NCBI GenBank assembly: GCA_024683035.1
Contig: JAIKYQ010000127.1
Span: 3,821 to 67,820, forward strand
Direction of reading: 5' to 3'
Origin: Eubacterium sp.
GTDB taxonomy: Bacteria; Bacillota; Clostridia; Lachnospirales; Lachnospiraceae
DNA: 64,000 nt
A program made the position numbers and the translations under genes. Of this stretch, positions 16,664 to 25,574 are shown piece after piece. A model generated the notes under the pieces. The model was not told where the DNA came from. It did not search any database and worked only from the letters and a program-made list of their open reading frames with translations. Positions within the stretch are counted from its first letter, which is position 1; each line of letters starts with the position of its first letter.

Positions 16664-18310
16664 TTATTCAACAGGTTCTCGTATTTCATTTCTGGAAACC
16701 AACTCCTTCGACTTGTCGTACAGCAGTGGAATTTTATAATACGGCGCCACTGGTGCTGTGAACCATGTGCCTTCTGTATAGACAAGCACTTCTTTTCGTT
16801 CTTCCAAACTATAGATATCAGACACGTCCAGAACGCGCCTGTGCTCCTCCGATATAGACTCTGTGCTCACTGAATTACCCGACAGCTGTTTGGAAGTTTT
16901 CCTTTCGTCATACTCTCCCGCCCACTTGCTGAACCTCTCCGCTGACTGTATATCACTGCAGGAAAAAACAATGTGGGTCCTTGCTGTTTGTGAAATCGTT
17001 CGTGCAGTTTGTACTCCATACGTATCTTCCAACTGCGAGTAGCTTTGCAGCACAAGAGTCACAGCAATTTTTTTTGACCGGCCCGTGGCCATAATATGTG
17101 CAAGATCTGGAATCGGCCCGACATTCCCAACCTCGTCCAACAAAAACCATATTGGATTATTATTCTTAGTTTCGCTTTCGGGAACTGATAACAGAAATGT
17201 CATGGTTAGTGAAATAACCATGCGGAATACATCAGCATAAGTCGTAAGCAGATGGTCAGGAATTGCCAGGAAAACAGACCGCCCGGCAAGAAGAACGGAC
17301 GGATCGATCCGCCAAATATTGTCTGAAGAAAAAAAACTGACAACAGACTCCTGCATAAAGATGCTCAATGAGGTCATCAGCGTCATGCTTATGTCCTGCA
17401 TGGCATCGGAGGTTTTTCCCTCGAAACTACGGATATTCGCGTGTATTCTCGTGTGCGTCGTTACATCCGGATCTGATATGATCTGAGCAATCAGATCCTC
17501 TGTCGGTATCGTTAGTATTTCAGATATGGCCGATGGGAAATCAATATCCTTGTAAAAGAAGTAAGTTAGAAAACCGGTCAGGAGCTTTCTTGCGTTTTCC
17601 GAGAAAAAAACATTTTTCTCCGCCTGTTTGATCAATGCGCGTGCGATAAGATGCATGCGAGTGTATACATCATCATCCGACACATCTTTATCCAAACCGA
17701 AATACGGGTCAAATCCGACAGAATGCATCTCTGATGGATTCAGGATATATACTTCCGTCTCATCAACAGCTCGTATAGATATGTCGGGTTTTACATCTAA
17801 CCCAAATACTGCATGCATCCTTTCCTCGACCTTTGCAAAATTGAAGTTCCAGATTAGCGAGTTGAGAATAACAGTTGTTTTGTTTGATCCTGGTGCCCCG
17901 TATATAATTTGATGCAACGGACTTCGTAAAAAAGGGATCCGCACATACCTACCATGACCCAATTGGCCAACAGTCAGCCCATCTGGAGTTCTTGATAGAA
18001 AACGTTTTGGAATCGGACGATGCTGTGCTGTCGTTTTATCCTCACTAATCTCATATGCCGCCTTCCTTTTCCGTATAGGCCCGTAACTCCGTTCTCCACG
18101 TATGTATCGCCGTATGTTCGCGGTCAGTATCATTAATACTGTAAAGGCTACGGAAATCGCAACGATCTGCCAATCCGCAATTACCGTGTATTGTCTCCCA
18201 GTCAGGACAGGATCCAGGATCACTCTCTTGGCATATACCAGTACGAATCCGATCAATGCCCCTAACGGCGCTGCCCATAAACCCGAAAACTCAAATACTG
18301 TTTTCACCAT
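16664..18310 (-). CDS. VirD4/TraG-like type IV coupling protein
   Basis: Two N-terminal TM helices, Walker A-like GAPGSNKT, FDPY, WFLLDEVGN (Walker B), MATGRSKKI...LQSYSQLEDTYG. AAAGGAGA RBS before ATG 18310. Confidence 0.88.
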   Translation of the reverse strand: MVKTVFEFSGLWAAPLGALIGFVLVYAKRVILDPVLTGRQYTVIADWQIVAISVAFTVLMILTANIRRYIRGERSYGPIRKRKAAYEISEDKTTAQHRPIPKRFLSRTPDGLTVGQLGHGRYVRIPFLRSPLHQIIYGAPGSNKTTVILNSLIWNFNFAKVEERMHAVFGLDVKPDISIRAVDETEVYILNPSEMHSVGFDPYFGLDKDVSDDDVYTRMHLIARALIKQAEKNVFFSENARKLLTGFLTYFFYKDIDFPSAISEILTIPTEDLIAQIISDPDVTTHTRIHANIRSFEGKTSDAMQDISMTLMTSLSIFMQESVVSFFSSDNIWRIDPSVLLAGRSVFLAIPDHLLTTYADVFRMVISLTMTFLLSVPESETKNNNPIWFLLDEVGNVGPIPDLAHIMATGRSKKIAVTLVLQSYSQLEDTYGVQTARTISQTARTHIVFSCSDIQSAERFSKWAGEYDERKTSKQLSGNSVSTESISEEHRRVLDVSDIYSLEERKEVLVYTEGTWFTAPVAPYYKIPLLYDKSKELVSRNEIREPVE

Positions 18311-18483
18311 AAACTTGTTTCTCCTTTCTATTCGATTGTCAATGTTCAAAAACTCTGCAGCCCTCAAAGGCGGACATGCATGTCCGCCTTCATGTATAGT
18401 ATGGTTGATAACACATCTCGATCATCAAACTTTCATATTTGATACTTGTGGCAGTGAAAAGTTCCGGCGGCAATATGACTTGG

Positions 18484-18651
18484 CTACTTGACTGGGAATA
18501 TTAAGATGTACTTGCTGGTTACGATAACGGACAGTTTATCTCCTACTTGATATCCAAGCCTTGCTAGATAAGCGCCCTGCGTCTGAATTTTGGGGATGTT
18601 TTGCTTGCGACCGCAAGCTGCTTGAATGGTTAGAATTTTAGTTTTCTTCAT
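18484..18651 (-). CDS. SymE-like small protein (55 aa), putative type I toxin / AbrB-like fold
   Basis: Manual translation MKKTKILTIQAACGRKQNIPKIQTQGAYLARLGYQVGDKLSVIVTSKYILIFPVK fits the SymE pattern PxIxxxGxxLxxxG(F/Y)xxGxxxxV. GGAG RBS and an upstream TGTTATAAT. Confidence 0.7.
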   Translation of the reverse strand: MKKTKILTIQAACGRKQNIPKIQTQGAYLARLGYQVGDKLSVIVTSKYILIFPVK

Positions 18652-18748
18652 CTGTGCTCCGATCCGCCGCCGGAACCATCTACATTATAACACAGGTAAA
18701 GTCTTCACCTTACTTTTTATTACAATTTTCCTTATTTCAAAATAAAAC

Positions 18749-18782
18749 GCCCCAGACGATATTTGATATGATCGTCTGGGGC
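18749..18782 (-). terminator. Intrinsic terminator after the HExxH gene
   Basis: GCCCCAGACGAT...ATCGTCTGGGGC followed by GTTTTATTTT on the minus strand. Confidence 0.75.
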
Positions 18783-18807
18783 ATCTACCCGGTTTGGAAT
18801 CCGAATA

Positions 18808-19455
18808 CTACTTACATTTCTCTTCATTCGGTACGTATGTTTCTTTCGTAGTTTTCGTAACAGTGTGTGAAAGCATCTCGCGGAATATCCGTTCACTAAA
18901 TGTATCTTCTTCCCCGCACACGAAAAGGGCTGCTTTTTCCACCGGGACACCCATCAAAACCATGGTGGATATTGCAAACAGATTTGCATCGATTTCAAAT
19001 GGATTTTCCTCATAGGAGTCATACTCTTCATAGTAAGTATCCATCGAAATGATATCACGTTCGATCTGCCACACATGGCGCAGTTCATGAAGCAGTGTAG
19101 CTATCATCACCGGCCATGGCCAGTTTTCAAGCCGTCCATCGGGAGTTGTATGTTGCACATACAGCTCGATCAGGGGGCGTTTCAGATATTTGCAGATCCG
19201 AGGATCCCATGTCCTGCCTCCAATTAACGTTTCGCTCGAAGGATCCTCATCCTCAAAACACCGTTGGATTGCAAGATCTGGAATACCGATACCAAGCATA
19301 AAGCACGTACTGACAACTATCGGCAGAAGGAATGCATATGCAATACCGATCAATATCGGTGGCATTTCCCCTGTCTGATTCTTGAAGTCTTCTTCCGTCC
19401 ACACTTTGACCACGCTTGTACCAATCTGATCATTACCTACAATAACTTTCTTCAT
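18808..19455 (-). CDS. Zincin-like HExxH metallopeptidase-domain protein
   Basis: ATLLHELRHVWQ...YEENPFEIDANLFA. AAGGAGA RBS before ATG 19455. Confidence 0.7.
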   Translation of the reverse strand: MKKVIVGNDQIGTSVVKVWTEEDFKNQTGEMPPILIGIAYAFLLPIVVSTCFMLGIGIPDLAIQRCFEDEDPSSETLIGGRTWDPRICKYLKRPLIELYVQHTTPDGRLENWPWPVMIATLLHELRHVWQIERDIISMDTYYEEYDSYEENPFEIDANLFAISTMVLMGVPVEKAALFVCGEEDTFSERIFREMLSHTVTKTTKETYVPNEEKCK

Positions 19456-19630
19456 AGTTTTCTCCTTTTGATTGTGTTGGTCTTCCTGTTGTTCTGTTTT
19501 CAAGGTGCATTTCGTTCCGAGTGCTCACGGTTTCGTGCACAGAAATACACGAAACCATGTTTGAAAACGCGCGCTTTAATAGCATTGAAAACTGCACATT
19601 TTATGCACAATTTCTTCCTTTGCGTTATTC

Positions 19631-19784
19631 GCCATTTATATGGTTGAAAACGTGCATCTTTTTGTTTTTGTATATAGAGAAAATTTGCTCTCTATAATCT
19701 GCCTGTTTTTCATTTCCGCGCCGTTTGCCATATATATGGTTGAAAACGCGCAAAACTTCAGTTTTGTATATAGAGAAAATTTGC
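19631..19784. repeat. Two 58-bp direct repeats at 96-bp spacing (19631-19688, 19727-19784)
   Basis: GCCATwTATATGGTTGAAAACGyGCA...TTTTGTATATAGAGAAAATTTGC. Partial TTGAAAAC copies near 19561 and 19585. Confidence 0.85.
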
Positions 19785-20144
19785 GCGTCATAAACGCACA
19801 TTCGGTTTGCGTAATAATGGGCATACAAAAAGACCGCGTCCAACATAAAAGTGAATGCGGCCTTTCTGCATGCCCAATGTATGCGTGCTTTGCGAATAAT
19901 ACTGTTATGACTTTGTCATATAATCAAAGCTGTGTTCTTGGAATAGTAGCGACAGGAGGATCCGATATCGGATCTCCCATTTTGACCAGGATCCCAGCAA
20001 GGCTTGTAGCCCATAAACACCGTGTCCTGTAGAAGTCTGAAAGACATATGAATCGCCGTATACCGAACAGTATGTACGGCAATATAAAGGGCGGGTTAAT
20101 CACCCGCCCACTCGATCGATCTCATATTTACATGCTAATGATAG

Positions 20145-20384
20145 TCATTCGTGATCGGAGGTGGCTTCCTCTCCATCAGCGCTATCCTGATCAACCCCTT
20201 CCGAATCCCACTTAAATACGGATAATCCGTAGTCCAGCATCCGAAGTATTACATCGTTCATCCTTATGCCCGCCTGCTGTTTTATTTCATCCAACTTGTC
20301 GTATACATCTTTTGGCATCCTCACATTAACTCTTTTGAAATTTTCTTTTTTTGTGAAGCGTAATTCATTTCTATCTTCTTCCAT
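20145..20384 (-). CDS. Ribbon-helix-helix (CopG/Arc-like) DNA-binding protein
   Basis: FKRVNVRMPKDVYDKLDEIKQQAGIRMNDVILRMLDYGL. Divergent from the integrase. Confidence 0.75.
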   Translation of the reverse strand: MEEDRNELRFTKKENFKRVNVRMPKDVYDKLDEIKQQAGIRMNDVILRMLDYGLSVFKWDSEGVDQDSADGEEATSDHE

Positions 20385-20577
20385 GCCATTCTTTTCCTTT
20401 TCTAATCGTTTCACTTGGGTGTCAAGTAACGGTTTGATCTGCTTCTTATTGTACCATGATAACCCTTTCAATCAACATTAAGTTAGTTTCCGATTTCGCC
20501 ATTTTTTACCCATCTCGACAACCACATAGATGGATGAAACATCTTCATCATTGCACATGGTTACGAGAGGTTATTAT

Positions 20578-22074
20578 ATGAAGAGACTTGATCCAAAAAA
20601 ACTGGAAACGGCCAAAGAGCAGATAAACGCGATCCTTTTGAATATTCTAAATGTACGTCGTTCCTTGGCATGTGATACAATAAATACCATCAGCAGAGAG
20701 AGTTTGCAGACAAGCATCACTATGATGGAGGATCAGATCTATGATACGATAAAATCGATTCACAACGCACCCATTGGGCCGCATCCCGATACCGACAGGA
20801 CAGGAAGAACCAGAATCAGATGGATCACGCGCGTTCCTGATAGCACCAGAAAAACTGGTTCAAGGAAAATCTCTGCCACAACAGAAAAGGGGTTGTTGGA
20901 CAAGCTGGGCTCTTTTTACGGCATATTCGTACAGTATGATCGTAACAATCCTCCGCCAGACTCTTTACTCTCGTTATATAAAGGATGGCGGAAGCACAGA
21001 CTTACCACAATAAAAGCAGCAACTGTAAAACGGGACGATAATACGTGGAAACGATATTTCAAAAACGATGAAATCATCTATGAGTCATTGTCATCTATGA
21101 CTCCTGCCGATATCCAGCGCTGGTTTAATCAACACTTTGCCGGTAAGATAACCCGCCGGGAATGGAAAAGAATCAGGTCCCTGTGGTTCCGCATCGAAAA
21201 GTGGGGCTTAATCCAAGGATGCATTTCTTCTCCGAAGGTCTCATTTATTGATGCTCCTATCGGTTTACTCACTGGTACGCAAAAGCGTTGGAATACGCAC
21301 ACCTATACGCCAGAAGAGCTCAACGCGATATACAATGCAGCTGTGCAGCTTTATGCCAAGTCATACCACAATCGTGCCTATCTGGCCGTTGCCATTAGCG
21401 CATATCTTGGTTTTCGCGTTGGTGAGCTTGCTGCTGTTCGCTGGGATGGATATCATCCCGAGGCACATTATCTGGAGATTTGGCAGCAATGCCTGCAGGA
21501 ATTTCGTATAACTGAGGATGATAATATTGTTCGTGACGGCTATGCGATGGAAGATGGGTTAAAAAAAGAAAAGCCCGAGCGGATCGTGTCGACCTGCCCG
21601 ACCGTTGAGAATATGCTCGATTGGATTCGGACAGAAAACGCACAGCTAGGCATCAATTCTCCGTATGTTTTTACCAATGCCCGCCGGCAGCCAACGAGCA
21701 GCGAAGCCCTGAATGCGGCTTGGAGAAAAGTGTTGACTTTCCTGGGATGGCGGTATTATGACGATAAGCAGAGTAAATGGGTTTGTACAAAAAGAACCGG
21801 TAACCACACAGCTCGCTTCTCCTTCGTCACAAACCTTCGGAAAAATGAACGTTGTTCAGGCCGGGAAGTTCAAGGGCTGGTTGGACATGCATCTCTCGAT
21901 ACAACGGAAGATGTCTACAATGTCTTTGCACCAGTTCCTCCACAGAACATGGGCGAAAGAATTGAAGAAATTCTCGGAAGCCATAGAATGCAGGCAATGG
22001 GGGACAAAAACATGCAATTGGGGGACAAAAAACAGTTCCCCAACAAAAACAGAAAAGCCTGCAAACCTGCATAA
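20578..22074 (+). CDS. Tyrosine recombinase / integrase
   Basis: YTPEEL, LGFRVGELAAVRW (R), GLKK (K), HTARFSF (HxxR), LVGHAS (H), TEDVY (Y). Adjacent to att and tRNA. Confidence 0.93.
   Translation: MKRLDPKKLETAKEQINAILLNILNVRRSLACDTINTISRESLQTSITMMEDQIYDTIKSIHNAPIGPHPDTDRTGRTRIRWITRVPDSTRKTGSRKISATTEKGLLDKLGSFYGIFVQYDRNNPPPDSLLSLYKGWRKHRLTTIKAATVKRDDNTWKRYFKNDEIIYESLSSMTPADIQRWFNQHFAGKITRREWKRIRSLWFRIEKWGLIQGCISSPKVSFIDAPIGLLTGTQKRWNTHTYTPEELNAIYNAAVQLYAKSYHNRAYLAVAISAYLGFRVGELAAVRWDGYHPEAHYLEIWQQCLQEFRITEDDNIVRDGYAMEDGLKKEKPERIVSTCPTVENMLDWIRTENAQLGINSPYVFTNARRQPTSSEALNAAWRKVLTFLGWRYYDDKQSKWVCTKRTGNHTARFSFVTNLRKNERCSGREVQGLVGHASLDTTEDVYNVFAPVPPQNMGERIEEILGSHRMQAMGDKNMQLGDKKQFPNKNRKACKPA
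21998..22030. repeat. TGGGGGACAAAA x2, putative arm-type sites inside the integrase 3' end
   Basis: Match the left-end pair at 2497-2520. Confidence 0.75.
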
Positions 22075-22095
22075 ATGCTGGATTTACAGACTTCT
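22051..22095 (-). terminator. Element-supplied terminator for tRNA-Ser
   Basis: Minus strand AGTCTGTAAATC...GGTTTGCAGGCT pairs fully when G-U is allowed and is followed by TTTCTGTTTTT. Confidence 0.6.
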
Positions 22096-22102
22096 CAACT
22101 CG

Positions 22103-22188
22103 CGCAGCGGGAGGGATTCGAACCCCCGTGGGGTTGCCCCCAAACGGTTTTCAAGACCGCCTCGTTATGACCACTTCGATACCGCTGC
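22103..22188 (-). tRNA. tRNA-Ser(TGA)
   Basis: GCAGCGG acceptor stem, anticodon arm GCGGT-CTTGAAA-ACCGT, long variable arm, GGTTCGAATCC T arm, G discriminator; CCA not encoded. Confidence 0.96.
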
Positions 22189-22240
22189 AGTTTTCGTTCA
22201 CGGCATATACTGTATCACACGCCGTTCTCTTTTTCAAGCC

Positions 22241-22282
22241 ACAGAAATGCCGGCGGTGTTCCTGCCGCCGGCTTTCTGTTTT
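22241..22282 (-). terminator. Terminator after the SH3-domain gene
   Basis: ACAGAAATGCCGGCGG...CCGCCGGCTTTCTGT. Confidence 0.6.
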
Positions 22283-22351
22283 CTTCGTTATCTTTTACTC
22301 GATACGGTCTCTGCCTGTCCTGTTCTCCTGTTTTCCTGTCCGGATTACGGT

Positions 22352-23626
22352 TCAGGACGGATCCTGCGGATTATAGGTATCGGAGTAAGTTGCACCGTCA
22401 TCGTCTGCGAAGGTACCGTCACCCTGGTCATAGTACTCGTTGCCTTCCGCATCGAAGTACCCTTCGTCTGTTTCGGTGATCACGGTCGGACGTCCGGATC
22501 CATCTGAATAAACCGGATAGACATTGCCTTCTTCCATCGGAACCGGCTCGTAATAGATCGTTGAGCCGTCCGATCCGCTGTAGGTACCGTTTCCGTTGTC
22601 CCAGTACTGGACCCAGGTATCGGTCGAGTAGTAGTTGCCGTCGCTGAACATCGCCAGTGTAATAGGTGCCCCGTTCAGCCAGTAGGCTGTGATCGCGCCT
22701 CCGATCGGATAGATCCCGGTTTCTTCATAAGAGACGGGTTTGTTTACGGAGTACATCTCGCTTCCGCCGATGTGGGCGAACTCATAGGTCGTGACCCAGC
22801 TGTACTGGTTTCCTGAGCCGTCATACCAGTATCCGTCTGCGGATTCATAGACCGTTATGGCGTTGCCTGCTGCGTCATAGATCGTTTTGGCCACTCCGGT
22901 GAAGGTATTCTTCGCTGTTTCCTGCGCCTGCGCCGGTGCTGTTTCTGTCAGGAAGGCGGCTGATGCAAAGCCGGTGCCTCCGTTGATCTCAATCTGATAC
23001 CATCCCAGGTCCTGTCCGTTCTGCGTTGCTTTACCCAGCACTTTCACCTGCGCTCCTTTGGCAAGGCCCGCGATGACCGGATCGGAGATCGAGCATCCGC
23101 TTCTTACATTGATGCCCTCTGTGGTGTACATCGTTTTGTTGACCGGCTCAATTTTGATATCACCGGAATTGACACTCGTTTTGTTCACCGCCTGCTTGGT
23201 ATCGTAGATCAGCACTCTGAGCGACATGATCATGTTGCAGATCTCCTGATTCTTTGCTGCATCCACCGCAGAACCGGTGACGACGAAGACCTCGTTCTGT
23301 GTGGAAAAGACTGCCTGGTACACATTGACGTAATGATCATTGGCTACCGCTGTCTCCGGAAGGTTTTCCCCGTTGGAAAAATGATCGATCGTGATCACGT
23401 TTGCACCGTCGCTCAGGACGATCCAGTGTGTCATATCCTGCATCTCTTTCCAGTTCTCACTCGCCAGCTCGATGGAGAGGATCCCGTCGGAAGAAGTAAA
23501 CGTGTTTCCCGTTGTTTCCTGTGCCGTTTCCGTCGGCGCCGCTTCCTCAGCCGCTGCCGGCAGGGCGGTCCCGACTACCATCACTGATGCTACTGCTACT
23601 GCCAGCCATTTCCAAATCTTTTTCAT
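22352..23626 (-). CDS. Secreted protein with a bacterial SH3 domain and acidic Tyr/Gly/Asp-rich C-terminal repeats
   Basis: Signal peptide ending AAA; MYTTEGINVRSG...LAKGAQVKVLG...WYQIEINGGTGF. Confidence 0.8.
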   Translation of the reverse strand: MKKIWKWLAVAVASVMVVGTALPAAAEEAAPTETAQETTGNTFTSSDGILSIELASENWKEMQDMTHWIVLSDGANVITIDHFSNGENLPETAVANDHYVNVYQAVFSTQNEVFVVTGSAVDAAKNQEICNMIMSLRVLIYDTKQAVNKTSVNSGDIKIEPVNKTMYTTEGINVRSGCSISDPVIAGLAKGAQVKVLGKATQNGQDLGWYQIEINGGTGFASAAFLTETAPAQAQETAKNTFTGVAKTIYDAAGNAITVYESADGYWYDGSGNQYSWVTTYEFAHIGGSEMYSVNKPVSYEETGIYPIGGAITAYWLNGAPITLAMFSDGNYYSTDTWVQYWDNGNGTYSGSDGSTIYYEPVPMEEGNVYPVYSDGSGRPTVITETDEGYFDAEGNEYYDQGDGTFADDDGATYSDTYNPQDPS

Positions 23627-23787
23627 ATCTTTTTCCTTTCTCCGGTCCTTTTCTGCTGTTTGTGAACCCTGTTCCTTTTCTCTGAAGTTTTCCTTTTCCT
23701 TCTGCCTTTTCAGACGAAACAGTGTCTGTCTCTGCTGAAGTTCTTCTTTACGTGTTTAACAATACAGCATCGTTCATCACAAAAACA

Positions 23788-24690
23788 TCACACAACTCTC
23801 AAAAAGCGGAAATCTTTATATTTTACGCAAAGCCGCAGAGCGCGGGACCGTATGGCGGCTTTCGCTTCTTTCTCCCCGTACCAGTTCCCGTAAAAAACGC
23901 CGGCATCCTTTGCAAAGATACGAAATCGTTCCAGCGCCTGCTGCGCCGTTCCTTTTTCCGTTCCGGAAAAGTTCTGTTCCAGCGTGATCCCCGGCAGCAT
24001 TCCTGCACGGCAGACGCATGCGGCGCGCAGCCGGCAGATCATGTCAAAGTCTGCAAAATCCAGGAACAGACGCTCGTCATACCGCAGCTTCCTGTCTGCA
24101 AAAAGGTGCAGACGCAGTGCCAGGCCGGTGTTGATAAAGAAGGCATCCCGGCAGGCTGCTTCGTCCGGCCGGTCTGCTTCCAGCGGAAGAAACCGGGGGC
24201 CGGCTTTCCGGCAGGGAGACAGTCTCTTTTCTCCGGCCCTGACCTCCGGTACCAGGAGATCACAGACGGTATGGGCGGCTTCTTTTGTCAGAACAGACAG
24301 GTACGTCTCCGGAAAAACGGTGTCCTGATCCGTCAGCACGATCCAGCCGTCCTGGTTTTCCAGGCTTTCCCGTGTCAATTCCCCGCTGCCGTTTTTTTCC
24401 AGTAGGATCTTTTCAACAGCCCGGTTATAGGCAGCGGGAATCCCTTTGTTCCCCTGCATGGGAAGATAGAGGACTCCGTACGTTTCTGCCGTCCGGCGGT
24501 TAGCCGCAAGGATCGCGTCATCCGTGGAATTATCCGCAAGGATCACCCGGATCCTCTCTTTCTTCTTTCCTTCCGGACCTGCACCGGTGCGGCTGCCTTC
24601 CTCCTGCAGTGCCGGAAAAAGCAGGGTCTGCCAGACGGCACTTGCGTCGACAACCTGATTATACAACACAGAAACGATGGAGACCATCAT
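23788..24690 (-). CDS. Glycosyltransferase family 2 (rhamnosyltransferase-like)
   Basis: ILADNS, GNKGIPAAYN, LTDQDT, INTG, YDERLFLDFADFD. Confidence 0.85.
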   Translation of the reverse strand: MMVSIVSVLYNQVVDASAVWQTLLFPALQEEGSRTGAGPEGKKKERIRVILADNSTDDAILAANRRTAETYGVLYLPMQGNKGIPAAYNRAVEKILLEKNGSGELTRESLENQDGWIVLTDQDTVFPETYLSVLTKEAAHTVCDLLVPEVRAGEKRLSPCRKAGPRFLPLEADRPDEAACRDAFFINTGLALRLHLFADRKLRYDERLFLDFADFDMICRLRAACVCRAGMLPGITLEQNFSGTEKGTAQQALERFRIFAKDAGVFYGNWYGEKEAKAAIRSRALRLCVKYKDFRFLRVV

Positions 24691-25418
24691 AACAGTGCCT
24701 CCGCCATCAGCAGATCCTCCGGCGTCGTGATCTTGATATTGCGGTAGCTGCCGGTGAACATGTGCACCTCTGCGCCCATGCTTTCTGCTACCATCGCATC
24801 ATCCGTGATGCTTTTTCGTCCGGCCGGCTTCCCTTCCCCGTCTGTCTCCCGGTTTTCTGCAGAGAACATACGATCATACGCCTTTCGGATCAGGCTATAC
24901 GAAAAGATCTGCGGGGTCTGTACGATCCAGAGGCGGTCCCGGGAAGGGGTATCCAGCACCTTTCCTTGCGGATCCGTGATCTTGATCGTATCCTTTGCCG
25001 GCATGCCGCAGATGGCCGAACCGTACCGCTGCACGGTTTCCCAGCCGCGCTGCAGGATCTCTTCCGTGACAAACGGACGGACGGCATCCTGGATAAACAC
25101 ATAGTCTGCGTCTTCGCAGTGCAGCAGACCCTGATACACGGATTCATACCGCTCGGTCCCGCCGGCTGCGACAGCCGTCACTTTGGAGAACCCGTACCGC
25201 CGGACAATGTCTTCCCGCACATACGGGATATCTTCTTTTCCGGTGACCACCACGATCGCGTCGATGCAGGCAGAGTCCTGAAACACCTGCAGGGTATGCG
25301 CCAGGATCGGCCGGTCCTGCAGTTCCAGGAACTGCTTGTGCGTATCCGTGCCCATTCTCTTTCCGGCACCTGCCGCCACCAGAAGTGCGGTATTCTTTTT
25401 CTTCCGGCTCTCTGTCAT
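24687..25418 (-). CDS. ispD: 2-C-methyl-D-erythritol 4-phosphate cytidylyltransferase
   Basis: AAGAGKRMG...KQFL, GGTERYESV, IQDAVRPF, QTPQ, ITDDA, NIKITTPEDL. Confidence 0.95.
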   Translation of the reverse strand: MTESRKKKNTALLVAAGAGKRMGTDTHKQFLELQDRPILAHTLQVFQDSACIDAIVVVTGKEDIPYVREDIVRRYGFSKVTAVAAGGTERYESVYQGLLHCEDADYVFIQDAVRPFVTEEILQRGWETVQRYGSAICGMPAKDTIKITDPQGKVLDTPSRDRLWIVQTPQIFSYSLIRKAYDRMFSAENRETDGEGKPAGRKSITDDAMVAESMGAEVHMFTGSYRNIKITTPEDLLMAEALL

Positions 25419-25574
25419 ACTCCCGTTTACCTGTTTTCTGTCCGTACCCGGACACTCTCCGTTTCTTCTTTATTTCTCTTTCTCTTCTCGCTGACTTCTC
25501 TTGTTTTTCTTTGGCTTATTTTTTGGGGGCTGCGCGGTTTCGCTGCTGTCCGGCCGCCTGCCCTGCCGCAGATC

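Larger units (their letters stand above)
2395..22122. mobile_element. Integrative mobilizable element / defence island in tRNA-Ser(TGA)
   Basis: 21-bp direct repeat at both ends, integrase next to the tRNA, relaxase + oriT + coupling protein, R-M cargo, more AT-rich than flanks, no VirB-type mating-pore genes. Confidence 0.93.

Noticed and set aside
19625-20032. ORFs over the direct-repeat block
   Set aside because: Overlapping frames on both strands that mirror the DNA repeats, with no convincing RBS.
19930-20040. Self-cleaving ribozyme
   Set aside because: Hairpins are present, but no hammerhead, twister, pistol or HDV core could be matched by eye.
2395-22122. Prophage or self-transmissible ICE
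   Set aside because: No capsid, terminase, tail, VirB4 or mating-pore genes.
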